Below, in pieces: positions 9,463 through 17,480 of a DNA stretch of 64,000 bases (positions within the stretch are counted from its first letter, which is position 1; each line of letters opens with the position of its first letter). The translations under genes were made by a program, and so were the position numbers. The notes beneath the pieces are model-generated. The model was not told the origin of the DNA, ran no database searches, and saw only the letters and a list, made by a program, of their open reading frames with translations. Origin of the DNA: an uncultured Lachnospiraceae bacterium (lineage in GTDB: Bacteria; Bacillota; Clostridia; Oscillospirales; CAG-272); the NCBI GenBank assembly GCA_964653575.1, contig CAZZFP010000003.1:5898-69897 (forward strand). Direction: 5' to 3'.

Positions 9463-11289
9463 ATGCAGATGCAGAATAATGAAAGACAAAAGCATATAAG
9501 AAATTTTTCGATAATTGCACACATAGATCACGGAAAATCGACGCTTGCCGATAGACTTCTCGAAGCGACCGAAACCGTTGAAAAGCGAGAAATGGAGGAG
9601 CAACTCCTCGATAATATGGATCTTGAAAGAGAAAGGGGCATAACCATAAAGGCGAGAGCCGTCAAACTCGATTATACCGCACCCGACGGCGAGCAGTATG
9701 TTTTGAACCTTATCGACACTCCCGGTCACGTTGACTTCAACTACGAGGTCTCTCGTTCGTTGAATGCGTGTGACGGCGCTTTGCTCGTAGTCGATGCGAC
9801 TCAAGGTATAGAGGCACAGACACTGGCGAATGCTTACCTTGCGGCAGATGCCGGTCTTGAGATAATTCCCGTTATAAACAAGATAGATCTTCCGTCGGCG
9901 GATATAGAGCGTTGTCGAAACGAGATCGAGGATATCATAGGTATTCCCGCCGAGGGATGTCCCGCCGTGTCCGCCAAGGTCGGACTTAATATCGATCAAG
10001 TGCTCACAGCGGTCGTAAACGATATTCCGGCGCCTAAGGGAGATGAAAACGCTCCTCTGAAATGCCTTATATTCGACTCATACTACGACAGCTATCTCGG
10101 AGTCGTGGTAAACATCCGAGTTATGGACGGTACGTTACGCTCGGGAGACAGAATAAAGCTTATGAGCAACGGCAAGGAATTTGACGTTGTGGATGTGGGG
10201 TATATGGAGCCCTTCGGACTCAGCAAGGCCGATGCGCTCAAGGCGGGTGAAGTAGGGTACATCACCGCGTCGATAAAGAACGTAGGTGACACTCGCGTGG
10301 GCGATACCGTAACGCTTGCGCGCGATCCCGCAGACGAGGCATTGCCCGGATTTAAAAAAGTCCTTCCGATGGTCTATGCCGGTATATATCCCGCCGATGG
10401 ATCAAAATACGGTGACCTGCGCGATGCGCTGGAAAAGCTGAGGCTCAACGACGCATCTTTGGTATTTGAGCCCGAGACTTCCATTGCACTCGGATTTGGC
10501 TTCAGATGCGGCTTTCTTGGCTTGCTTCATATGGAAGTTATCGAAGAAAGGATCGAGAGGGAATTCAATCTTGATCTTATTACCACCGCGCCGAGCGTTA
10601 TATACGAAGTCGAGAAGACAAACGGGGAAAAGATCCGTATAGATAACCCGTCCGATTATCCCGCACCCGAGGAGATAGCTACCGCATTTGAACCCGTGGT
10701 CAAGGCGTCGATAATCACGCCCGCAGAATATGTCGGAGGACTTATGGATCTTTGTCAGGACAGACGCGGAAACTTTGTTGATATGAAATATATCGATACC
10801 GACCGCGTGGAGCTGCATTACGTTCTTCCGCTCGGCGAGATAATATATGATTTCTTTGACGCGCTCAAGAGCCGTTCCAAGGGATATGCCTCGCTCGATT
10901 ACGAGCTTGACGGCTACGTACCGAGCAAACTTGTGAAGCTTGACTTTCTTCTTAACGGGGATCAGGTGGACGCACTTTCGTTCATAGTTCACGCGGATAA
11001 AGCTTACGGCAGAGCCAGAAAGATAGCCGAAAGGCTGAAAGAAAGTATTCCGAGACAGCTTTTTGAGATCCCGATACAGGCGGCGATAGGCTCGAAAATA
11101 ATCGCACGCGAGACGGTCAAGGCTATGCGTAAGGACGTGCTGGCAAAATGCTACGGCGGCGACGTTACGAGAAAGAAAAAGCTGCTTGAAAAGCAAAAAG
11201 AAGGCAAAAAGAAGATGCGCCAGCTCGGCTCGGTCAAGGTGTCCCCCGAGGCGTTTATGGCGGTACTCAAATTCAATGACGATGATTGA
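9463..11289 (+). CDS. lepA: Translation elongation factor 4 (LepA)
   Basis: It has [20 protein letters not shown] (G1) and DTPGHVDF, and the C-terminus carries the LepA-specific sequence [25 protein letters not shown]. Confidence 0.95.
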   Translation: MQMQNNERQKHIRNFSIIAHIDHGKSTLADRLLEATETVEKREMEEQLLDNMDLERERGITIKARAVKLDYTAPDGEQYVLNLIDTPGHVDFNYEVSRSLNACDGALLVVDATQGIEAQTLANAYLAADAGLEIIPVINKIDLPSADIERCRNEIEDIIGIPAEGCPAVSAKVGLNIDQVLTAVVNDIPAPKGDENAPLKCLIFDSYYDSYLGVVVNIRVMDGTLRSGDRIKLMSNGKEFDVVDVGYMEPFGLSKADALKAGEVGYITASIKNVGDTRVGDTVTLARDPADEALPGFKKVLPMVYAGIYPADGSKYGDLRDALEKLRLNDASLVFEPETSIALGFGFRCGFLGLLHMEVIEERIEREFNLDLITTAPSVIYEVEKTNGEKIRIDNPSDYPAPEEIATAFEPVVKASIITPAEYVGGLMDLCQDRRGNFVDMKYIDTDRVELHYVLPLGEIIYDFFDALKSRSKGYASLDYELDGYVPSKLVKLDFLLNGDQVDALSFIVHADKAYGRARKIAERLKESIPRQLFEIPIQAAIGSKIIARETVKAMRKDVLAKCYGGDVTRKKKLLEKQKEGKKKMRQLGSVKVSPEAFMAVLKFNDDD

Positions 11290-12493
11290 TAATATTGCTA
11301 ACTTAATCCCAAAAGATAAAAAGCAACAAAGCCCGGGCTCGCTCGGGCTTTATATCCATATACCTTTTTGCGTAAAGAAATGTGCTTACTGCGATTTTTG
11401 CTCGTATCCTATCATAGGTAAATATAACGCTATGGTTGAAAAATATGTCGATAAAATAACGCAACAGTTGATATCAGCCAAAGATATGGCAAAAGGTCAC
11501 AGGGTCGATACCGTGTATTTCGGTGGCGGAACGCCATCTCTGTTAAGCTCATTTCAGCTTGAAAAAATAATCGATACGGTAGTATCGTGCTATGGAGTGG
11601 AAGCCGATGCGGAGATCAGCGTCGAATGTAATCCCGGTACGGTGTATGCCGAAAAGCTTGCCGATATGAGGCGGCTGGGTGTGAATCGACTCAGTATAGG
11701 TGCGCAGAGCTTTAACGACCGCGAGCTCGTTTTGCTCGGAAGGATTCACACGGCGAAGGATTTTGAAAATGCTTTCAAGCTTGCAAGAGCGGCGGGGTTT
11801 GACAACATCAGCGCCGATCTGATGTACGGTATACCGGAGCAGAGTATGAAGAGCTTTGAGTATTCCATCGCGCGTATGTGCGATCTGTCCCCCGAGCACA
11901 TCTCCTCCTATGCGCTTTCGGTCGAGCCGGGAACCTTTTTCGGTCAAAACGCCGATCTGCTCTCGCTTCCCGATGACGATACGGTCGGAGATATGTATGA
12001 TCTGCTTGTTGATACACTTGAGCGGAACGGATATGAAAGATACGAGATAAGCAATTTTTCAAAGCAAGGAAAATATTCAAGGCACAATATGAGATATTGG
12101 AAGGGGCTTGATTATCTCGGCTTCGGCGTGTCGGCACATTCGTTTTTCAATGGCGTAAGATATTTTGCCAAGCGTGATATCGACGGCTATTTGAACGCCG
12201 ATTTTTCGGACTATATGAACTGCGAGGTATTCGACGGGAAGCAAAAAATAGACTCGCACGATCTTGCATCGGAGTACATTATGCTGAGATTGAGGCTTGC
12301 CGAGGGAATAAGCTGCTCGGATTTTCGTCAACGCTTCGGAATAAATTTTGAAGATCATATCGATCAGCCGATAGAGCCATATATAGCGCAAGGATTTATG
12401 AAGCGGGATGGGGACAGGATCTTCTTCACGACAAAGGGATTTTGCGTATCAAATTATATACTTTCGGAAATAATAGACTTTGACGAAACGTGA
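11276..12493 (+). CDS. hemW: Radical SAM HemW (HemN-like, coproporphyrinogen III oxidase family)
   Basis: It has the CxxxCxxC cluster ([11 protein letters not shown]) after LYIHIPFC, plus a HemN_C-like tail. The ORF-track start at 11186 lies inside lepA. I prefer the ATG at 11276 (or 11282), which overlaps the lepA stop by a few bases. Confidence 0.85.
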   Translation: MTMIDNIANLIPKDKKQQSPGSLGLYIHIPFCVKKCAYCDFCSYPIIGKYNAMVEKYVDKITQQLISAKDMAKGHRVDTVYFGGGTPSLLSSFQLEKIIDTVVSCYGVEADAEISVECNPGTVYAEKLADMRRLGVNRLSIGAQSFNDRELVLLGRIHTAKDFENAFKLARAAGFDNISADLMYGIPEQSMKSFEYSIARMCDLSPEHISSYALSVEPGTFFGQNADLLSLPDDDTVGDMYDLLVDTLERNGYERYEISNFSKQGKYSRHNMRYWKGLDYLGFGVSAHSFFNGVRYFAKRDIDGYLNADFSDYMNCEVFDGKQKIDSHDLASEYIMLRLRLAEGISCSDFRQRFGINFEDHIDQPIEPYIAQGFMKRDGDRIFFTTKGFCVSNYILSEIIDFDET

Positions 12494-12572
12494 CGTTTGG
12501 GGTCTGACCGAATTTCGGCTGTAAAAAATCGAATAAGGCGATCAAATTTTCGATGTGTACAAAAATTGGCTA

Positions 12573-12601
12573 TTGACAAGAGCACGACTATCGTATATAA
12601 T
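12573..12601 (+). promoter_or_regulatory. Perfect consensus sigma-A promoter (TTGACA-N17-TATAAT)
   Basis: TTGACA is at 12573-12578 and TATAAT at 12596-12601, with an exact 17-nt spacer. It lies 37 nt upstream of the DUF1292 start. Confidence 0.65.
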
Positions 12602-12637
12602 ATCAGTGTAACAAATAAGACATTAAGGAGATTGGAT

Positions 12638-12955
12638 ATGTCCGATATGAAGTTGCCCGACGGGGCTGTAAATGAAGAAGGCGGGGAGCTTGATTTCTTT
12701 ATCCTTTCGGATGATGACGGAAAGGATTATAAATTCGAGGTCGTCGGCTCCTGTGAATATAAAGGTAAGACCTACTACGCGCTCGTAAACCCCGATGAGT
12801 GTGAGGAGGGCGAGTTTGAAGAGTACGTCGTTATCCGTGCTGACAAAATGCCCGACGGAAGTGAAGATTATACTTTTATAGATGACGATGATGAATTTGA
12901 TGACGTCGCGGATATATTTGACGATATGTTTACGACCGAGATCGACTGCGACTGA
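12638..12955 (+). CDS. DUF1292 family small acidic protein
   Basis: I chose the start at the ATG at 12638, 7 nt after AAGGAG. The product is highly acidic and carries the ...DDDGKDYKFEV...YKGKTYYALV... core typical of DUF1292. Confidence 0.8.
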   Translation: MSDMKLPDGAVNEEGGELDFFILSDDDGKDYKFEVVGSCEYKGKTYYALVNPDECEEGEFEEYVVIRADKMPDGSEDYTFIDDDDEFDDVADIFDDMFTTEIDCD

Positions 12956-12964
12956 ATTAAGAAT

Positions 12965-13199
12965 TTATTCCTGCTTAGTTCGTGATGCCGGGTTATCTGA
13001 CCTACAAGTAGTTAAAGGAGCCCGAAATAATCGGTGTTCCGACGTGGTTTGCAGGCCTCCCTCGCGCATTTTACCGATCGACTTGTCTCGGAGTGCGTTT
13101 TTGAGGACGTTGGAAGCAGTAAAGCGTCGGATAGGGCACCGCCCTGGATAAAAGGGTCGACCGTTTCCCGAACACACGGCTCGGCGGGGTGTATAATTT
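12965..13199 (+). ncRNA. Unclassified G+C-rich structured region (candidate ncRNA, riboswitch or structured 3' UTR)
   Basis: No credible ORF is present. Nested helices 13039-13045/13124-13130, 13060-13068/13094-13106 and 13074-13077/13088-13091 form a long hairpin. Alternative hairpins occur at 13133-13145 and 13142-13156. The region ends at a strong plus-strand terminator. I recognised no known RNA family. Confidence 0.3.
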
Positions 13200-13236
13200 A
13201 ACGTTCCGAAGTTTTTGTGATTTCGGAACGTTTTTT
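13200..13236 (+). terminator. Rho-independent terminator (plus-strand specific)
   Basis: An 11-bp perfect stem pairs aacgttccgaa with ttcggaacgtt and is followed by TTTTTT. The reverse strand has no U-tract. Confidence 0.8.
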
Positions 13237-13342
13237 GCGTTTTTGTAAATTTGATGTTGATTTTGAAGGAAACTTGTGGTATTATAGTAGTATAAGTATA
13301 AATATACCATATACAACAGATAAGCACGAGAAGGAGATGTAT

Positions 13343-14005
13343 ATGATAAAGCTATGTGTGTTCGACCTTGACGGAACTACCGTCAATTCGCTCAATTCGA
13401 TAGCGTATTTTGCAAATGAAACGCTTAAACGCTTTGGGCTCAAGACGTTTTCCGTCGATGAGTACAGAACGCTTGCGGGCGGCGGTGCCAAAAAGCTGAT
13501 AAGAAATCTTGTCGAAGCTACGGGTGCCGATGAATCCCTTTACGAACCGATGCTCGAGGATTGGGTAACAAGCTATGATAACGATTTTTTGTATCTTACC
13601 GAGTCGTACGACGGCGTTTCAGAGATGCTGGGTGCTCTCAGGCAGAGGGGGATACATACCGCGGTGGTGACCAACAAACACGGTCCTACCGGCAAAAAGA
13701 TCTGCGATACTCTTTTCGGAACCGACGGGTCTTTGCTTGAAACTTGCGTGAGTGCATATCCGGGAATGGTGCTAAAGCCCGCTCCGGATGAGATATGGAA
13801 GCTTATGGAGCATTACGGCGTTGACAAAAGCGAATGTATGTACTGCGGAGACCATACCATCGATATGGTGACGGGAAAGGCTGCCGGCGTGCTTACGGTC
13901 GGTGTGACATGGGGCTTTCACACAAAAGAAGCTCTTACGGAGGCAGGAGCGGATGCGATAGCCGAGCATCCGTCCGATATAGTTGCCATTGCCGACAAAA
14001 ATTGA
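13343..14005 (+). CDS. HAD-IA family hydrolase (phosphoglycolate phosphatase-like)
   Basis: It has the motif I sequence FDLDGT, followed by VVTNK and CGDHTIDM motifs. I chose the ATG at 13343, 6 nt after AAGGAG. Confidence 0.85.
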   Translation: MIKLCVFDLDGTTVNSLNSIAYFANETLKRFGLKTFSVDEYRTLAGGGAKKLIRNLVEATGADESLYEPMLEDWVTSYDNDFLYLTESYDGVSEMLGALRQRGIHTAVVTNKHGPTGKKICDTLFGTDGSLLETCVSAYPGMVLKPAPDEIWKLMEHYGVDKSECMYCGDHTIDMVTGKAAGVLTVGVTWGFHTKEALTEAGADAIAEHPSDIVAIADKN

Positions 14006-14070
14006 TCGACGAACAGAGAATAGAAAACAGTATACAAAAATAAAATAAATAAAAGAAAGAGGTAGAAAAA

Positions 14071-15525
14071 GTGAGTAAGAGAAAACATGTTCTTATCATT
14101 TTTACAGACCAGCAGAGACGTGATACGATTCACGCCCTCGGGAACGATCAGATAGTTACCCCTGCGCTCGATTCGATAGCCGAAGAGGCAGTATGCTTTG
14201 ATCGTTGCTATACCCCCGCACCCGTATGTGTGCCGGCAAGGCTTTCTATGCTTGCGGGACAGTATTGCGCACGCACGGGCAACAACACAAACAACAAATC
14301 GATGGAATACAAGGGCGAGGGCTTTTATTCCGAATTTACCAAAGCGGGCTACAACAGTGTCTGCATAGGTAAGATGCACTATAATCCCGATCTCTATTCT
14401 CCTCTCGGTTTCCGCAAAAGACTTTCTCAGGAGGAAATGGCAGATCCGGAGCGTGATGATTATACAAAGTGGCTCAAAAATTCCCCCTACAAGGATGTAT
14501 TTGATTATAACGGACAGAGAAGCGAGCTTTACTACATACCTCAGGTATCTCAGCTTCCCGCCTCGGCGCATCCGACGCAGTGGATAGGTGACAGATGCGT
14601 TGAATTTCTTGAAAATTGCGATCCCGAGGATGAACCGATATTTATGGTCGCCTCCTTCATACATCCTCATCCGCCGTTTGCACCGCCCGCTCCTTGGAAC
14701 AAAATGTACAGAGAGCCCATCCGCCGTGCATTTGTCCCCGAGGACTTTGAGTCGTATGCGGATCTGCTCCGAAACAAATACACACTTGACGCATTCGGAA
14801 TATCACCGAGAAGACTTGAACTGCTTTATCAGCATTACTATGCTTGCGTTTCTTTCGTGGATTATCAGATAGGACGTATAGTAAATGAGCTTAAGCGTCG
14901 AGGAATGTACGACGATACCGTTATCGTATTTTCGTCCGATCACGGAGATCTTATGGGAGATTACGGTTCTATGGGTAAGCGCACTATGCTTGACGGTGCG
15001 GCAAATATTCCGTTCATCATCCGAGTTCCGGGCGAGGAACATACTATACGCCACGACGCGGCGTCGCTCGTTGACCTTGCGCCGACACTGCTCTCGCTTG
15101 CGGATATTCCCTATGATAAGAATGAGTATGACGGCGTCAACTTGTTTGAAGAAAAGCACGATGTCGTTTATTCACAGTACGCGAACGGAACGATAGGCAC
15201 ATATATGGTCGCGTCCGGATATGATAAGCTGGTTTATTCCGCAATAGGCGACAAATATTTCTACTTTGACAGCTTCCCCGAGGCTGTGAACAAATACGAC
15301 GAAAGCAATCCGAGAGTTATTGAGCTCAAGAAATTGCTTGACGCACATATGGCAAGCGACTGCTGCAAGATCATCGACGACAGAAAGATGCAGAGCCCCG
15401 CACGTCAAGAGAAATATTCGTTCTATCCGCCGCTTGACGACCATATAAATACATTTGATGAAGAAAGAGCGGCTATGCCCGAGGGCTACAGCATAACTCT
15501 CGGCGGAAAGCATACCGATTATTGA
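14071..15525 (+). CDS. Sulfatase family protein (Cys-type, CxPxR)
   Basis: It has a GTG start, an N-terminal LIIFTDQQR, the formylglycine signature PVCVPARLSMLAG, and later SSDHGD. No signal peptide is visible. Confidence 0.9.
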   Translation: MSKRKHVLIIFTDQQRRDTIHALGNDQIVTPALDSIAEEAVCFDRCYTPAPVCVPARLSMLAGQYCARTGNNTNNKSMEYKGEGFYSEFTKAGYNSVCIGKMHYNPDLYSPLGFRKRLSQEEMADPERDDYTKWLKNSPYKDVFDYNGQRSELYYIPQVSQLPASAHPTQWIGDRCVEFLENCDPEDEPIFMVASFIHPHPPFAPPAPWNKMYREPIRRAFVPEDFESYADLLRNKYTLDAFGISPRRLELLYQHYYACVSFVDYQIGRIVNELKRRGMYDDTVIVFSSDHGDLMGDYGSMGKRTMLDGAANIPFIIRVPGEEHTIRHDAASLVDLAPTLLSLADIPYDKNEYDGVNLFEEKHDVVYSQYANGTIGTYMVASGYDKLVYSAIGDKYFYFDSFPEAVNKYDESNPRVIELKKLLDAHMASDCCKIIDDRKMQSPARQEKYSFYPPLDDHINTFDEERAAMPEGYSITLGGKHTDY

Positions 15526-15570
15526 TAGATCATCCGATAAAGATCAATAAATAATCAAACAAATAAAATA

Positions 15571-15607
15571 AGCGACCATCCGCAAGATCGATCTGCGGAT
15601 GGTCGCT
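15571..15607. terminator. Bidirectional rho-independent terminator between the convergent sulfatase and mnmA genes
   Basis: A 14-bp stem pairs agcgaccatccgca with tgcggatggtcgct, flanked by an A-rich 5' side and a T-rich 3' side. Confidence 0.7.
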
Positions 15608-15662
15608 GTATTATTTTGTTGTCGTGATTCATAGCGTGGCAAGGGTCGGATTACTGCTTTGA

Positions 15663-16742
15663 TCACTCTATTATTCCGCCGCCTATGACTACATCTCCGT
15701 CGTAAAGTACGGCGGATTGTCCCGGAGCTATCGCCCTTTGCGGCGTATCGAATACTATTTCGAGTCGATTATCGTCGATCTGTATGACGGTTGCGGGACT
15801 TGCTTTGTGATTGTATCTTATTTTTGCTTCTATTCGCAATGGTGCATCTATGCGACCGAGTGCGATCAAATTGATATTTTTAACGGTCAGGCGGTCGGAA
15901 AAGAGCTCTTCGTTTGAAGAAAGAGTTACAGTGTTTTTTGCGGCATCTTTGGATTTGACATACATAGGTCTGCCGAAAGCTATCCCGAGTCCCTTGCGCT
16001 GTCCGGGCGTGTACCTTATGATCCCGTCGTGACGCCCAAGTATATTCCCCTCGGTGTCTGTAAAATCTCCTTTGTCAAAACCGTGTCCGAGATACCTTTC
16101 GATGAAAGATACGTAATCGCCGTTCGGAATAAAGCAAATATCCTGGCTGTCGTGCTTATGCGCGTTTACAAATCCGTGAGCGGTAGCGATCTCTCTTGCC
16201 TCATCCTTGGTGTATTGACCGAGAGGGAAGAATGTGTGTGACAGTTGATCCTGAGTCAGCGTCCACAACACGTAGCTTTGATCCTTTTTCGCGTCATTCG
16301 CTTTGCAAAGTAGATATCGGTCGGCTGATTTTTTTACGTTTGCATAGTGTCCCGTTACCAACGTGTCGCAACCTTTATTTGACGCGTATTCGAGCAGGCT
16401 TCCGAATTTCAGATGCTTGTTGCAAACTACGCAGGGGTTGGGGGTCTCGCCTTTGATGTAAGCTTCGACGAAGTATGAGATGACATACCTGCGAAATTCT
16501 TCTCCGAGCGAGAGTACCGTATGGCTGATACCGAGCCGCTTGCACACATCTGCGGCATCAAGTATGTCCTGCGATATATGTGTTGGATCGTTCGTGAGAG
16601 CCTTTTGTGAAAGATCCATAGTAACTCCGTGGCAGGTATATCCGGCATCAAGCGCCAAAAGGGCGGATACGGCACTGTCAACGCCGCCACTCATAGCTAT
16701 AAGTGCTGTTTGGTTGTTTGTTTTTATCTCTGCGTTGTCCAT
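15663..16742 (-). CDS. mnmA: tRNA-specific 2-thiouridylase MnmA
   Basis: It has the PP-loop motif AMSGGVDSAVSA and the sequence NPCVVCNKHLKF. Confidence 0.95.
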   Translation of the reverse strand: MDNAEIKTNNQTALIAMSGGVDSAVSALLALDAGYTCHGVTMDLSQKALTNDPTHISQDILDAADVCKRLGISHTVLSLGEEFRRYVISYFVEAYIKGETPNPCVVCNKHLKFGSLLEYASNKGCDTLVTGHYANVKKSADRYLLCKANDAKKDQSYVLWTLTQDQLSHTFFPLGQYTKDEAREIATAHGFVNAHKHDSQDICFIPNGDYVSFIERYLGHGFDKGDFTDTEGNILGRHDGIIRYTPGQRKGLGIAFGRPMYVKSKDAAKNTVTLSSNEELFSDRLTVKNINLIALGRIDAPLRIEAKIRYNHKASPATVIQIDDNRLEIVFDTPQRAIAPGQSAVLYDGDVVIGGGIIE

Positions 16743-16773
16743 TTATGCGATCCTCTGTGATTGGTTTCTGCGT

Positions 16774-17274
16774 TCAGTCCCAAGAATATTTGGTAAGTTG
16801 TCCGTCCTCGCGTAAGCCATTGAAATCTTGTTGTCTCAATATCTCGTAGACCGCTATGGCTACCGAATTTGAAAGATTGAGGGAACGGAGAGTGTCTCTC
16901 ATAGGTATGCGTACACAGTTATCCTTGTGCTCAAGCAACAATTCCTCCGGAAGTCCGCGTGACTCCTTGCCGAACATAATGTACACGTTCTCGGGATATT
17001 TTATTTCGGCATAGCAATGCGGGGCTTTTGTCGTAAAATAATATATTACGGCGTCCGGGTTTTTGGCGTTAAAATCTTCTATTCCGTCATAGTAACTTAT
17101 GTCAAGCTTGTCCCAATAGTCAAGTCCGGCACGTTTTAACTTTCTGTCGTCTATCTCAAATCCGAGAGGACGTATAAGATGCAGGGAAGCGCCCGTCGCG
17201 GCGCACGTCCTTGCAATATTACCGGTATTTTGCGGTATCTCGGGCTCGAGAAGTACGATATTTATTTTGCTCAT
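16774..17274 (-). CDS. trmL: tRNA (cytidine/uridine-2'-O)-methyltransferase TrmL (SpoU/TrmH family)
   Basis: It reads NIVLLEPEIPQNTGNIARTCAATG...LIRPLGF and carries the C-terminal SLNLSNSVAI knot motif. Confidence 0.9.
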   Translation of the reverse strand: MSKINIVLLEPEIPQNTGNIARTCAATGASLHLIRPLGFEIDDRKLKRAGLDYWDKLDISYYDGIEDFNAKNPDAVIYYFTTKAPHCYAEIKYPENVYIMFGKESRGLPEELLLEHKDNCVRIPMRDTLRSLNLSNSVAIAVYEILRQQDFNGLREDGQLTKYSWD

Positions 17275-17480
17275 TTGAAGTTTTTTAACCTTTTTCAGTA
17301 TTTTTCGGAGTCAAGCCCCGTTGTAGACTTTATTATATTATTAATTTTGTAAAATTTCAAGCATAATTAGAAAAGAAAGAATAAAATTTACAAAATTTTA
17401 TGGCATTATGCTTTGAAATGTAGTATAATATACGTATCTATGTATATTTTCGGATATTTTTAAGTCGGAGGACTAATTTA

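Noticed and set aside
9400-9999. A 199-aa minus-strand ORF spanning the lepA promoter and start.
   Set aside because: It overlaps the conserved GTPase domain of lepA in antisense and runs through the promoter region, so it is spurious.
11186-11275. A 30-codon N-terminal extension of the hemW ORF.
   Set aside because: The extension lies inside the lepA coding sequence in another frame and is K/R-rich. The conserved HemW sequence begins after the ATG at 11276 or 11282.
13103-13130. The sequence GGAAGCAG-TAAAG resembles the SRP RNA domain IV motif (GGAAGCAGC.UAAG), raising the possibility that 12965-13199 is a large SRP RNA.
   Set aside because: The preceding sequence (GAGGACGTT) cannot form the closed GNRA tetraloop helix (UCC-GGAA-GGA). 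The flanks do not fold into a helix-5 rod centred on this motif. The helices I can draw centre on about 13083 instead.
13133-13185. There are local resemblances to riboswitch cores: CUGGAUAA (TPP), GGAUAAAAGGG and ACACGG (ykkC/guanidine-I), and CCGCCCUGG (ZTP).
   Set aside because: Each match is an isolated 8-10-mer. The other obligatory conserved elements (CUGAGA and ACCUGAUC, GGUCCGAGAG, GGGUCGUGAC) are missing, or the order is wrong.
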